Source of the DNA: Dehalococcoidia bacterium UBA5620
Lineage (GTDB): Bacteria; Chloroflexota; Dehalococcoidia; GIF9; UBA5629
Length of the DNA: 64,000 bases
Direction: 5' to 3'
Assembly: GCA_002423605.1 (NCBI GenBank)
Contig: DIKK01000028.1
Coordinates: 177,097 to 241,096 of the forward strand
Positions 53,812-64,000 of the stretch are shown piece by piece (the first letter of the stretch is position 1; each line of letters opens with the position of its first letter). Below the pieces are notes generated by a model. That model did not search any database and was not told the origin of the DNA. It saw only the letters and a program-made list of their open reading frames with translations. The position numbers and the translations under genes are program-made.

Positions 53812-56214
53812 CTAGGCTCTTAGCGCTGCACCAACTTTCCCCGCCAGTTTGCCCAAGATTTGCTGCTGGACTTTATCCACTTCCTCATCGGTCAAAGTCC
53901 GTGTGGGCAATTGATAAACGATACGAAAAGCAAATGACTTCTTGCCTTTTGCCACTTGTTCTCCGCTGTAAAGGTCAAAAAGGGTTACCTGACTCACCAG
54001 GGGAGAATGCTTGATGATGTCATAAACCTGCTTATAAGTAACCTGTTCATCAACCAACAACGCAAGGTCCCTGGTTGTGCTCGGGTATCGTGCCATCGGT
54101 TGGTATTTCTTTATAATATCGGCCAGCAGCAATATCCGATCCATATCGAGTTCAATGAGATATGCTGTACCACATAGATCGAAAGCTTTGGCAATTTTAG
54201 GATGTAGCTCACCGACAACACCTACCTTATTTCCATCAATGGTTATAGCGGCATTTCTGCCAGGATATAAGTCTTCATCATCGTCTGGTTCAAATTCCGC
54301 TCTCAAGCCCAACCGCTCTAATAAAGTCTCCACCACACCTTTGGCAACAAAGAAATCAACGGGGTCGGGCTTGCCTTTCCAAAATAAGCCTGCTGGCGCA
54401 TCATTCAATACCGCACAAAACATCTCTCTCTCTTCAGGCAAATCCTTAGGCCCGGGCAAAAATGCCTTCCCAATCTCAAAAATCCTGATGCTGTCCTCTT
54501 GATGCCGTTCATTACGGCCCAGAGTTGCTAGTATACCCGCCCGCAAATTGAGCCGGAGATATTCATACTCTCGGCTCATAGGATTAGCTATCTGTATCGG
54601 CTTTGGGCATGCCTGATGGAGATCGGGTGAAAGCCTGCTCATCATCTCCAAGCTAGTCAAGGAATAATTAAGCACTTCCTGAAAACCACAACTGACTAGG
54701 ACATCTCTAATCTCTCGCCTGAAATTTATCGCCGACACTGGTTCGTATTCAGACAAAGCTGCGCTAAGCATAGTGGTCGGGATGTCATCATAACCGATAA
54801 TGCGAGCTACTTCTTCCACCAGGTCTGCCTGACAGCTAATATCGGTTCGCCACCAGGGAACGCTTACTCTAATCTGCGAAGCTCCCATAGTCTGCTTGCA
54901 AACAAACCCTAAAAGTTCCAGCGTCTTCACTATCTCGGTAACCTTTAATTCCATGCCCAAAAGCCGTTTAACCTCAGCGGCCGAAAGTAAGATGGTCTCC
55001 CGTTGCTGCTTCCCTGGGTAAACGTCGATAATTCCTCTCGCCACCTTGCCCCCAGCCAGTTGCTGCATCAGTTGGATAGCCCGTTTCAAAGCCACCAGAG
55101 ATAACGTTCTGCTAAGCCCTTTCTCAAAACGTAACGACGCTTCACTGCTCAGCTTAAGCTTGATGCTACCCCGATGAATAGCGGCCCGACTAAAATTCGC
55201 CGATTCAATGAGAACAGTAGTGGTACTATCTGTAACCTCACTATGCAAGCCACCCATAATGCCGGCAACAGCTACAGGGCGTTCCTTATCCGCAATAACT
55301 AACAGGTCTTCACTGAGAGTCCGCTCAATCCCATCTAGAGTAGTCATAACCTCGCCCTGTTTTGCCCTGCGCACGATGATTGTATTACCGCGGATATTAG
55401 CAAAATCAAATGCGTGAAGCGGCTGCCCGAACTCCAGCATCACATAGTTAGTGACATCAACAACGTTATTGATCGGCCTCATACCGCTAGATATCAAACG
55501 CTGTTGCAGCCACTGTGGCGATGGGCCTATCTCAATTCCAGTGATCAAGCTAGCACAGTACCTAGGACACAGTTCCGGCGCAAGTACCTCCACAGATGCA
55601 GAAGCATCAATAGCATCACCAGTTTCATCGTAACAAACGTCAGGGATATCTAGCTTGCTCCCTACAAGCGCCACCACTTCTCTGGCAATTCCAATCACCG
55701 ACAAGCAATCGGGGCGATTGGGCGTTACATCGATATCAAGAACAATATCACCAAGATAATCCTTTAGAAGAACGCCAACCGGCGCATCCGCTGGCAGCAC
55801 CATGATACCCTCATGTCTATCGGAGAGTCCCAACTCCCTTTCAGAACACACCATCCCCTCTGAAAGAATGCCTCGAATTTTGGCTGGCTTTAACTGGACG
55901 AGCTTGCCATTATCATCCACCAGTTGAGCTCCCGTACAGGCAAAGGCAATTTTGTCACCGATAATGAGATTGGGCGCACCGCAAACAACAGTAGGTTGTT
56001 TCTTGCCCAAATCAACGGTTACCAACCTCAAACGGTCAGCATTTGGATGCGGCTCGACTCTGACTATCATGCCAACTACAACGTCATACCATTCGCCACC
56101 GATGGTTTGCATCCCGCCAACTTCCAACCCAGCCATAGTCAGCCTTTCAGCCATCTTCTCCAACGGCGGAGAGAAATCAACATATTCCCTAAGCCACTTA
56201 ATAGAAATCTTCAT
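53812..56214 (-). CDS. pheT: Phenylalanine--tRNA ligase beta subunit
   Basis: HPNADRL, TPNRPDCLS, RFEKG, DLVEEVARI.GYD. Confidence 0.97.
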   Translation of the reverse strand: MKISIKWLREYVDFSPPLEKMAERLTMAGLEVGGMQTIGGEWYDVVVGMIVRVEPHPNADRLRLVTVDLGKKQPTVVCGAPNLIIGDKIAFACTGAQLVDDNGKLVQLKPAKIRGILSEGMVCSERELGLSDRHEGIMVLPADAPVGVLLKDYLGDIVLDIDVTPNRPDCLSVIGIAREVVALVGSKLDIPDVCYDETGDAIDASASVEVLAPELCPRYCASLITGIEIGPSPQWLQQRLISSGMRPINNVVDVTNYVMLEFGQPLHAFDFANIRGNTIIVRRAKQGEVMTTLDGIERTLSEDLLVIADKERPVAVAGIMGGLHSEVTDSTTTVLIESANFSRAAIHRGSIKLKLSSEASLRFEKGLSRTLSLVALKRAIQLMQQLAGGKVARGIIDVYPGKQQRETILLSAAEVKRLLGMELKVTEIVKTLELLGFVCKQTMGASQIRVSVPWWRTDISCQADLVEEVARIIGYDDIPTTMLSAALSEYEPVSAINFRREIRDVLVSCGFQEVLNYSLTSLEMMSRLSPDLHQACPKPIQIANPMSREYEYLRLNLRAGILATLGRNERHQEDSIRIFEIGKAFLPGPKDLPEEREMFCAVLNDAPAGLFWKGKPDPVDFFVAKGVVETLLERLGLRAEFEPDDDEDLYPGRNAAITIDGNKVGVVGELHPKIAKAFDLCGTAYLIELDMDRILLLADIIKKYQPMARYPSTTRDLALLVDEQVTYKQVYDIIKHSPLVSQVTLFDLYSGEQVAKGKKSFAFRIVYQLPTRTLTDEEVDKVQQQILGKLAGKVGAALRA

Positions 56215-56240
56215 CTATCCCCTGAAAGCACTATATAAGA

Positions 56241-57281
56241 TCAAAATTGCCCTAGAAACCTTATGTCATTGCTATAAAATAATCGAATGTCTTCTATACC
56301 GTAGCGAAGCATCGGTATTCTTTCCACACCCATACCGAAAGCAAAACCAGAATAGACATCCGGGTCTATGCCAACGCCACGGAGCACATCGGGATGCACC
56401 ATGCCAGCACCCAGAATTTCGATCCAGCCACTATTGCTACAAAGCCGACATCCACTCCCCCCACATGCTAGACAATCAATAGCCACCTCAACACCAGGCT
56501 CAACGAAGGGGAAGTAATCGCACCGGAAACGGCATTTTCTATCCACTCCAAAAAGACGGCGGGCGAACTCAAACAAAGTACCCTTCAGGTCAGCTAAGGT
56601 AATATTCTTATCCACCGCCAGCCCCTCAACCTGATGAAACATCCACTCATGCGTGGCATCAGTAGCTTCATACCGATAGACCCGTCCGGGTGCTATTATT
56701 CTTATAGGCGGACTCGTCCTCTCCATGACCCTAACCTGCACAGGAGAAGTATGTGTACGCAACAGCATAGGCTTTTCACCAGTCTCAGTCTGATAGTCTA
56801 CCCATAGAGTAGCGAACATGTCCCGAGCCGGGTGGTCCTCTGGCATGTTAAGAGCTTCAAAATTGTAATGTTCCCTCTCAACCTCCGGCCCCTCAACTAT
56901 CTGGAAACCCATGCCCACAAAGATGTTACAAATCTCATTAATCGTTTGAGTCGTGAGATGAAGACGTCCTAGAGGAATCTTGCCACCGGGTAAGGTAACA
57001 TCCAGGCTGCCATGTCGCAGGGACGAAGACAAGCCTCGCTCCAGTTCTTTCTGCTTTTCTTCTAAACTGGCTTCAAGAGCTTTCTTAATCTCGTTGGCCC
57101 GGGCGCCAGCAGAGCGCCGCTCTTCCAGAGGCAGATCAGCCAGAGCACGCAGAGCCTGTATTAAGCTGCTTTTCCTGCCCAAGTAACGAACCCGCCAATC
57201 TTCAAGTTCCTTGAGATTAGTGAGTTTGGCCAGCTCATCGCAAGCTCCGGAAAAGAGCTCTTCAAGTTGATTTAGTAACAT
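56241..57281 (-). CDS. pheS: Phenylalanine--tRNA ligase alpha subunit
   Basis: [31 protein letters not shown]. Confidence 0.97.
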   Translation of the reverse strand: MLLNQLEELFSGACDELAKLTNLKELEDWRVRYLGRKSSLIQALRALADLPLEERRSAGARANEIKKALEASLEEKQKELERGLSSSLRHGSLDVTLPGGKIPLGRLHLTTQTINEICNIFVGMGFQIVEGPEVEREHYNFEALNMPEDHPARDMFATLWVDYQTETGEKPMLLRTHTSPVQVRVMERTSPPIRIIAPGRVYRYEATDATHEWMFHQVEGLAVDKNITLADLKGTLFEFARRLFGVDRKCRFRCDYFPFVEPGVEVAIDCLACGGSGCRLCSNSGWIEILGAGMVHPDVLRGVGIDPDVYSGFAFGMGVERIPMLRYGIEDIRLFYSNDIRFLGQF

Positions 57282-57300
57282 TATAGCAGTGCGCGAGGGG

Positions 57301-57660
57301 TTAGCTCTTGAGTTTGTCTGAGGCCAATGTCAACAGTTTAGAGAAACTGCTTGGATCGCTTACCGCCATATCTGCCAATGTCTTACGATTGATAATTACA
57401 TCAGCCTTTCTTAATCCATTGATGAACTGATTATAGGAGAGTCCACCAACTCTAGCCGCAGCATTTATACGGACAATCCATAGCCGTCTCATGTCACCCT
57501 TGCGCTCGCGGCGATGACAATAAGCATAATCCAAGGCATGGAGCATGGATTCATGCGCACGCCTATATAAGGTATGATTGGTAGCCTTGTGCCCCTTAGT
57601 CAACTTTAGTACTTTATTATGGCGCCTACGTGTAACTACTCCACCTTTAGCTCGTGGCAA
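57301..57660 (-). CDS. rplT: 50S ribosomal protein L20
   Basis: MPRAKGGV..RRRH; [11 protein letters not shown]. Confidence 0.98.
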   Translation of the reverse strand: MPRAKGGVVTRRRHNKVLKLTKGHKATNHTLYRRAHESMLHALDYAYCHRRERKGDMRRLWIVRINAAARVGGLSYNQFINGLRKADVIINRKTLADMAVSDPSSFSKLLTLASDKLKS

Positions 57661-57679
57661 TCAAGTCCTCCTGATTACT

Positions 57680-57877
57680 TCACCCATAGGGTAATAGCTT
57701 CTTTATTCTAGCCTTGTCTGCTGATTCCAAAGGAATCGTCTCATCATAAAGGCGTCTGGTCCTAGCCGGCTTATTACGCCTGAAATGGCTCTTGCCCACT
57801 TTGACACGCATAATCCTTCCGCTCCCTGTTATATGAAAGCGGCTTTTAGCACCTTTATGAGTCTTAAGCTTTGGCAT
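57680..57877 (-). CDS. rpmI: 50S ribosomal protein L35
   Basis: MPKLKTHKGAKSRF. Confidence 0.97.
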   Translation of the reverse strand: MPKLKTHKGAKSRFHITGSGRIMRVKVGKSHFRRNKPARTRRLYDETIPLESADKARIKKLLPYG

Positions 57878-58435
57878 CTAAACTTTTTCCTTAACTTTTG
57901 CTTCTTTTGCTTCTTTAATTCTAGTGGCAAGAGGCGTAAAGACCAAACCCATAATACGCCCTGTTTCTGTAGATGATGAACTATCTAAAGTTGCAATATC
58001 TTTCAAATCATCGGTTACCTTCTGCAATAACTTTACGCCTAGCTCTGGATGAGTAGCCTCACGACCTCGGAAAACTACAAATACCTTTACCTTATCCCCC
58101 TCCTCCAATAGCTTTCTGGCTACTTTGATCTTGGTCTCCAAGTCATGCTCCTTCACTCTAGGCCGAACACGTATCTCCTTGAGCAAACTCCCTCGCTGGC
58201 CTTTCCGAGATTTACGTTCCTTCTTGGTCTGCTCATACCTAAATTTGCCATAATCAAGAAGGCGACATACAGGTGGAACCGAGGTAGACGCCACTTCTAC
58301 TAAATCAAGATTACGATCTCGAGCTAATTGTAACGCCTTTTCTGTAGCCAACACACCCAATTGCTCACCTGCCTCACCAATGACCCGAACCTCCTTAGAC
58401 CGAATCTCCCGATTAATACGTAGTTCCTTAGTTAT
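57878..58435 (-). CDS. infC: Translation initiation factor IF-3 (ATA start)
   Basis: The frame extends upstream of the listed ORF to ATA-ACT-AAG (TKELRINREIRSKEVRVI) behind a GGGGAGAGG SD. Confidence 0.93.
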   Translation of the reverse strand: MTKELRINREIRSKEVRVIGEAGEQLGVLATEKALQLARDRNLDLVEVASTSVPPVCRLLDYGKFRYEQTKKERKSRKGQRGSLLKEIRVRPRVKEHDLETKIKVARKLLEEGDKVKVFVVFRGREATHPELGVKLLQKVTDDLKDIATLDSSSSTETGRIMGLVFTPLATRIKEAKEAKVKEKV

Positions 58436-58501
58436 GTGTTTCCTCTCCCCCTAAATATAAAGAAATCAATAGGCAGAATATATCATATTTAAGGTAAGAA
58501 A

Positions 58502-60244
58502 TCAAAGCTCATCTGGCGACTTAGCATTAATAATAGATATCATCCTATTTATAAACTCAGCAATTGCCATTGAGCCTGCATCCTCACCGGTCCTCATACG
58601 AAGAGAAACATGTGAAGAAGCCATTTCCTTATCACCAATCACCAGCATATAAGGCACCTTATCCATCTGTGCCTCTCGTATCTTCAAGTTCATCCTCTCC
58701 GAACGGTCGTCCACCTGAACGCGTATGCCGTGTTCTCTAAGCTCATCCTCTATTTTATGGGCATAATCCAGATGGCGATCAGCGATAGGAATTATCGCAG
58801 CTTGCACCGGAGATAGCCACACGGGGAAAGCTCCGCCATAATGCTCAATCAAACATGCCATAAATCTTTCCATGCTCCCCAGCACTGTGCGATGGACCAT
58901 CGCCACCTGATGTTCTAAGCCATCCTCACCGATATAATTAACATCAAATCGCTGCGGCAAATTAAAATCAACCTGGATAGTAGGACCCTGCCACAGCCGC
59001 CCCAGGGCATCCCTCAGCTTAATATCGATTTTCGGCCCATAGAATACCCCTTCGCCGGGGTCTACCTCGTATTTAAGCTTCAGGTTCTCCAACACCTTTC
59101 TCAAAGCTCCTGTGGCCTCTTCCCATATCTGCATGGTGCCGGCATATTTAGCAGGCTGGGTAGACAAAAGCAGCTCATAATCATGGAACCCGAATGTCTC
59201 CATCATGAACAGTGCTAGGTTTACCACCTCTGTCACCTCGGCCTCAATTTGGTCAGGTCTGCAGAAGATATGAGCATCGTCTTGAGTGAAGCCGCGTACC
59301 CGTGCCAGACCATGCAATACGCCAGAACGTTCATAACGATACACCGTGCCCAGTTCCGCGTAGCGTAGCGGCAGATTACGATAACTGCGCAACTGAGTTT
59401 TATACATCAGGATATGCCCCAGACAGTTCATCGGTTTAACGATATAATCTTGGCCGTCTATATCCATCGGCGAATACATGTTCTCCCTATAAAAATCCCA
59501 ATGCCCGCTGGTCTTCCACAAATCAACCTTGGCAATATGCGGAGTATAGACGATATCATAGCCCTTCTTTCTGTGCTCTACCTTCCAGAAGTCTTCAATA
59601 ATATGACGTATCAGAGCACCCTTGGGATGCCAGTGTACCAATCCTGCGCCGGCCTCATCATGCAGACTAAAAAGGTCGAGCTCTTTCCCCAACTTCCTGT
59701 GGTCGCGCTTAGCCGCTTCCTCAAGCCTAGCCAAATAGTTATCGAGTTCAACTTTAGTGTTAAAGGCAACGCCATATATCCTCTGCAACATGGGACATTT
59801 CTCATCTCCCTTCCAGTAAGCCCCGGCAACACGTGTCAATTTCACAGCTTTGATATCACCTGCCGATTCCACGTGTGGGCCGCGACACAAATCCACAAAG
59901 GAGCCTTGCTTATAAACGGTCACCGTAGAGCCAGGAAGCTCCTCGATAAGTTCTAGCTTATAAGGCTGACTGATAAAGAGTTGACAAGCCTTTGCTTTAT
60001 CCACTTCTTCTCTGATGAAAGAAGACTTAGAAGCGATTATCTCCTTCATCTTGGCTTCGATTGTCGGCAAGTCATCCGGCACCAGCGGTCTGGGAAGTTC
60101 AAAATCATAATAAAAACCGTCCTCAATAGCCGGCCCGATACCGAACTTGGCCCCAGGAAAAATAGCTTGAACTGCTTCAGCCATCACATGAGAAGCTGAA
60201 TGCCTCATCGTCTCTAACATCACATCTTTCTTCTCGTCAGCCAT
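58502..60244 (-). CDS. thrS: Threonine--tRNA ligase
   Basis: RHSASH, DLCRGPH, KPMNCLGH, RYERSG.LHGL.RVRGF. Confidence 0.97.
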   Translation of the reverse strand: MADEKKDVMLETMRHSASHVMAEAVQAIFPGAKFGIGPAIEDGFYYDFELPRPLVPDDLPTIEAKMKEIIASKSSFIREEVDKAKACQLFISQPYKLELIEELPGSTVTVYKQGSFVDLCRGPHVESAGDIKAVKLTRVAGAYWKGDEKCPMLQRIYGVAFNTKVELDNYLARLEEAAKRDHRKLGKELDLFSLHDEAGAGLVHWHPKGALIRHIIEDFWKVEHRKKGYDIVYTPHIAKVDLWKTSGHWDFYRENMYSPMDIDGQDYIVKPMNCLGHILMYKTQLRSYRNLPLRYAELGTVYRYERSGVLHGLARVRGFTQDDAHIFCRPDQIEAEVTEVVNLALFMMETFGFHDYELLLSTQPAKYAGTMQIWEEATGALRKVLENLKLKYEVDPGEGVFYGPKIDIKLRDALGRLWQGPTIQVDFNLPQRFDVNYIGEDGLEHQVAMVHRTVLGSMERFMACLIEHYGGAFPVWLSPVQAAIIPIADRHLDYAHKIEDELREHGIRVQVDDRSERMNLKIREAQMDKVPYMLVIGDKEMASSHVSLRMRTGEDAGSMAIAEFINRMISIINAKSPDEL

Positions 60245-60359
60245 TTAGCAATCCTTCATTTAAACTAAACAAAAAAACACGTCCACCAGCTAGGGGTCAA
60301 AACATACTGACTCCATACGAAGCCAATAGAACTAATCAAACTAACCCACTCAATTAGGA

Positions 60360-60435
60360 TGGTGGGCAGTACTGGACTTGAACCAGTGACCTCTGCGATG
60401 TCAACGCAGCGCTCTAACCACTGAGCTAACCGCCC
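60360..60435 (-). tRNA. tRNA-Val(GAC)
   Basis: GGGCGGTTAGCTCAGTGGTTAGAGCGCTGCGTTGACATCGCAGAGGTCACTGGTTCAAGTCCAGTACTGCCCACCA. Confidence 0.97.
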
Positions 60436-60606
60436 ACACAGCCGAATTTTATCAATGCATCTATATGATAGTCAAGAATCGCTTCTGGACGATGTCTACT
60501 AACACTACAACAGCAAGGAGGAGAAATCAGATTGGGTTACAAAGGTCAAGAGATTGACTAAACTGAGGGAACAATGAAACTAATCGAGATTAAATATTTA
60601 AGATGC

Positions 60607-60825
60607 CTACCTTTCCTTGTTGCTATTGTCTCTGATGCCGCCCGCCCTGACACTACTTGTCAGCATAATTTGTATAGGATTGTCACACTTAGGACATACA
60701 AGCTCAATAGTAACAGGCTGCCTCATAATCCGCTCCACCAAACTAGTGACCATGGAATCGATGTTATCCAACCGCTGGTCTAACATCTCGAGGCGTTTCT
60801 CCACTTGTTCCTGTTTCATATCCAT
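60607..60825 (-). CDS. Small hypothetical protein (coiled coil plus CxxC)
   Basis: Heptad-like N-terminus, CPKC; co-oriented with neighbours. Confidence 0.65.
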   Translation of the reverse strand: MDMKQEQVEKRLEMLDQRLDNIDSMVTSLVERIMRQPVTIELVCPKCDNPIQIMLTSSVRAGGIRDNSNKER

Positions 60826-60912
60826 AAGTCCTCGCTATCAAATGTCCTAATCTAACACCAGGTCGAGAGACAAAACTATATAGGAGAGTTCAAATATCTG
60901 GCACCTTACAGC

Positions 60913-61236
60913 CTACAAACTTTTCTCAGCCACCCCCAGAGCACTCAGCTCATCTTTATCAGATTTCATCAAGCTGTCTAGGTTATTGCTGACCATGCCC
61001 TCAAGATATTTTCTGAAAGCCTCCTTGGCTGCCGGAGAAGACCTGACCGCCTCCTTAGCCCGTTTCCACTCCTCTCCGATCAACTTGTTGACTATCTCCG
61101 GGCTAAGAGGAAACTCTTCCCACATCACCTCTTCTGCCCTATCCAGAACCCTGTTGGTCACTGCCCTCTTAAGGCGGTCAAAAGAAAGCAATTCCTCAAA
61201 CGAATAAGGCTGTGAAGTCCATTTGTCTACTTCCAT
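60913..61236 (-). CDS. Hypothetical alpha-helical protein
   Basis: 107-aa ORF with a GGAGG SD and natural protein composition. Confidence 0.75.
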   Translation of the reverse strand: MEVDKWTSQPYSFEELLSFDRLKRAVTNRVLDRAEEVMWEEFPLSPEIVNKLIGEEWKRAKEAVRSSPAAKEAFRKYLEGMVSNNLDSLMKSDKDELSALGVAEKSL

Positions 61237-61649
61237 CTCGCGACCTCCAACTCGCTAGTGTATTTTATTATTAGCTATGATATGCCGCATTAATTACTAT
61301 GTCAAGCTACGGTAGTGGGTCTATACTTTTAAGCGTGACAGATTTTAGGAGGTGCTAAGAAAGGTAAGATGAAACATAGTGCGCCTCCAGGTTAAAATGG
61401 AGCCAAGAACTTCAATGAGGGCACACGTATTACATCGGAGTGGACTACCACAATAAATATTCTTACCTAGTGGTGAAATACAGGGGGACAAAGTGAACAA
61501 CACGAGGAGGATACTTATTACAAAGAACGAAACAGTAGCCAGCACTAAGGCTTCAGGAGCTTTTCACGCTTATTGACAGAGAGCCAATGTATTGATTTCT
61601 TGAATCCAGAGACATATACTAAATAAAAGGGGGAAGGAGGTACATTAAG

Positions 61650-61901
61650 ATGCCAGAAATCGAGATCGGAAAGGTGGATGATTTCTTTGCTAGACCTGTA
61701 GTTGCTGGTATAACACTGACCAGCATATTAAACCTAGGCGATAAAATTCACATCAAGGGGCATACTACAGACCTTGAGCTTACCGTCACTTCGATGCAAG
61801 TCGACAATACCAACGTCAACACGGCTAAAGCTGGAGATGCCATCGGCATCAAATTAACCGACCGTGTAAGACCAGGAGACAAAGTCTACAAAGTCACCTA
61901 A
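61650..61901 (+). CDS. Small EF-Tu domain II-like beta-barrel protein
   Basis: [15 protein letters not shown]...[12 protein letters not shown]...SMQ...[10 protein letters not shown]...VRPGDKVY; strong SD. Confidence 0.85.
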   Translation: MPEIEIGKVDDFFARPVVAGITLTSILNLGDKIHIKGHTTDLELTVTSMQVDNTNVNTAKAGDAIGIKLTDRVRPGDKVYKVT

Positions 61902-62379
61902 TTTTTTCTTGGCTCACCACAGATTTCATCAAATTAGACATTTCGATGGCACTTGATGCTGCTGTAAAGCCACGGTTCCCTTCCTTTGCACCCGCTCTTT
62001 CAATAGCCTGCTCTAAATTATCGGCGGTGATGATGCCCTGGATAACCGGTAATCCTTCGTCCAGGCTCACTCGAGAAATACCCTTGTTGACTTCAGCAGC
62101 AACATATTCAAAATGGGGCGTGCCCCCACGTATCACAGCACCCAGACAAATAATAGCATTGTATTTTCCCAGCTGTGCCAGCTTTTTGGCCACCAAAGGT
62201 ATCTCCATACAACCCGGAGTCCAGGCCACATCAATATCCTGTTCGCTAACGCCATGTCGCATCAGGCCATCCTTCGCACCATCGAGCAACCTCAAAGTTA
62301 TCACCTCATTGAAACGAGCAATAACCACGCCGAACTTCAGCCCCTTCCCCAGCAACATGCCTTCATATTGTTTCGCCAT
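61894..62379 (-). CDS. ribH: 6,7-dimethyl-8-ribityllumazine synthase
   Basis: [23 protein letters not shown]. Confidence 0.97.
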   Translation of the reverse strand: MAKQYEGMLLGKGLKFGVVIARFNEVITLRLLDGAKDGLMRHGVSEQDIDVAWTPGCMEIPLVAKKLAQLGKYNAIICLGAVIRGGTPHFEYVAAEVNKGISRVSLDEGLPVIQGIITADNLEQAIERAGAKEGNRGFTAASSAIEMSNLMKSVVSQEKIR

Positions 62380-62406
62380 ATGACGCCTCCTCTGCACTCA
62401 GAAAAT

Positions 62407-63624
62407 TTAACCTGTGATACACTCATCAAGGCCTAACAAGTGTCCCATTTTATCCTGTTTCGTCTTAAGATATTCAAGATTATAGGGTGTGGGTTCCGTC
62501 CGCAAAGATATAGTCTCCACAATGGTGATGCCGTAGCTCTCTAGACCGATAACCTTCTTGGGATTATTGGTCAGCAGCTTAATCTTATGTAAACCAAGGT
62601 CGGCCAGGATTTGCGCTCCAATGCCATAGTCCCTCAAATCAGGTTCAAAGCCCAGAGCAATGTTGGCTTCCACAGTATCTAATCCCTGATCCTGAAGAGC
62701 ATAAGCCCGCACTTTATTATGAAGTCCAATTCCCCTACCCTCCTGCCTCATGTACACAAACACACCACGCCCTTCAGCATTGATTCTCTGCATCGCCAGC
62801 CCTATCTGCTCACCACAGTCACAACGCAAGCTGCCAAAGACATCACCAGTAAGACATTCGCTGTGAACTCGTGCCAGCACTGGCTCATCGCCGGAAATAT
62901 CACCCCGGACCAGAGCCACATGCTCATCAGTATCAACCTTGCTCCAATAGGCAATGACAGTAAAATCTCCATATCTGGAAGGCAACCGGGCCTCGGCTAC
63001 CCTCTCCACAAGATGCTCATTCCTGTAACGATAAGCAATAAGATCAGCTATACTGACGATTTTGATGCCAAATTTATAGGATATCGCTTCTAGTTGAGGC
63101 AAGCGGGCCATACTGCCATCATCATCCATAATTTCACAGATAACGCCAGCGGGATAAAGCCCAGCCATCTTGGCCAAATCCACTATTGCCTCGGTATGTC
63201 CAGCTCGCACCAGCACACCACCATCCTTGGCACGAAGCGGGAACATATGCCCGGGATACACGATGTCCTCCGTCTTGGTATTAGGGTCAAGGACAGCCTT
63301 AACCGTTTCCGCACGGTCGTATGCAGAAATGCCACTAGATGTCCTGTGCTTGGCCTCAATAGAGGCAGTAAAGGCTGTGGAGAATTTGGAGGTATTATCC
63401 TTCACCATGGGTGGAATCCTCAATTCATCCAAACGCCCGCCGATGATAGGCAAACAGATAAGCCCTCGCGCATATTTGCTCATAAAATTGATTGCGTCAG
63501 GAGTAACTTTCTCCGCAGCAATCCCTATATCGCCTTCGTTCTCACGGTTCTCATCATCAACGATAATGACAAATTTGCCCGCCTTCATATCCTCAAGCAC
63601 TTCAGGAATAGTAGCAAATGACAT
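62407..63624 (-). CDS. ribBA: Bifunctional DHBP synthase / GTP cyclohydrolase II
   Basis: DDENRENEGD, RAGHTEA, RVHSECLTGDVFGSLRCDCG, QEGRGIGL. Confidence 0.97.
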   Translation of the reverse strand: MSFATIPEVLEDMKAGKFVIIVDDENRENEGDIGIAAEKVTPDAINFMSKYARGLICLPIIGGRLDELRIPPMVKDNTSKFSTAFTASIEAKHRTSSGISAYDRAETVKAVLDPNTKTEDIVYPGHMFPLRAKDGGVLVRAGHTEAIVDLAKMAGLYPAGVICEIMDDDGSMARLPQLEAISYKFGIKIVSIADLIAYRYRNEHLVERVAEARLPSRYGDFTVIAYWSKVDTDEHVALVRGDISGDEPVLARVHSECLTGDVFGSLRCDCGEQIGLAMQRINAEGRGVFVYMRQEGRGIGLHNKVRAYALQDQGLDTVEANIALGFEPDLRDYGIGAQILADLGLHKIKLLTNNPKKVIGLESYGITIVETISLRTEPTPYNLEYLKTKQDKMGHLLGLDECITG

Positions 63625-63630
63625 CAGAGT

Positions 63631-64000
63631 TCACCTCGCTTTTAAAAAGCCATGTTCCTCAAGAAAATCAGTAGTAACACCAGACTCATCTCTGTTGTGG
63701 AGCTTCTCGACATATTTAGCAATAATGTCCACCTCTAGGTTTACCACGTCACCGGGTTTCATAATCCCAAGAATAGTATGTTCCTTGGTATAAGACACCA
63801 GGGAAACTGAAAAGGAACCATCGTCATAATCCATTACAGTAAGGCTAACACCATCCACGGCAATGAAGCCTTTGCTCACGATATAAGGCATCAGCCCAGA
63901 CGGTGCCGAAATCCTGGCAATGATGGCTCCTCCCTCATGCAATAAAGATACCACCTTGCCAATGCCATCCACATGTCCTTGAACAAAATGCCCGCCAAAG
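63631..64000 (-). CDS. ribE: Riboflavin synthase alpha chain (5' part outside the window)
   Basis: GGHFVQGHVDG, IAVDGVSLT, VNLEVDIIAKY. Confidence 0.96.
   Translation of the reverse strand, partial: FGGHFVQGHVDGIGKVVSLLHEGGAIIARISAPSGLMPYIVSKGFIAVDGVSLTVMDYDDGSFSVSLVSYTKEHTILGIMKPGDVVNLEVDIIAKYVEKLHNRDESGVTTDFLEEHGFLKAR

Noticed and set aside
60245-60359. T-box leader for thrS (likewise for ileS and pheS)
   Set aside because: The region is too short and lacks the T-box consensus; ileS and pheS are internal operon genes.
61345-61545. 66-aa minus-strand ORF
   Set aside because: TTG start without a clear SD and no recognisable motif; probably spurious intergenic sequence.

Overview
A 64-kb core-genome segment of an anaerobic, probably monoderm bacterium. 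Gene content and protein features suggest Dehalococcoidia/Chloroflexota; this is an inference. Housekeeping content: groES-groEL with a CIRCE variant; a redox operon (nuoE/fdh relic, FeS-GltD fusion, nfnAB); Trp T-box-trpB2; htrA; rpsF-ssb-rpsR-rpmH-rnpA-yidD-(PQQ beta-propeller lipoprotein)-yidC-jag-ileS; ppsA-dgt-dnaG-rpoD; ffh; uvrA; TPP riboswitch-thiC-cinA-speD-speB; greA; rpsB-tsf-pyrH-frr-cdsA-dxr-rseP-ispG-proS; thrS-infC-rpmI-rplT-pheST; part of the rib operon; tRNA-Asp and tRNA-Val. I found no mobile element or CRISPR array. Most notable: (1) a BamB/EMC1-like beta-propeller lipoprotein gene wedged between yidD and a short yidC; (2) a GreA fused to a tyrosine-recombinase-like core-binding domain; (3) an in-frame deletion scar fusing the nuoE 5' end to a formate dehydrogenase 3' end, upstream of an extended Nfn module and preceded by a 4-copy 9-bp operator array; (4) a speD-speB pair suggesting a neofunctionalised arginine decarboxylase; (5) several heavily degraded pseudogenes not shown in the ORF track (XRE regulator, MBL hydrolase, methyltransferase, ychF, acyl-CoA dehydrogenase) plus a missing uppS, indicating ongoing genome erosion. 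All family assignments come from motif recognition by eye; no database search was run.
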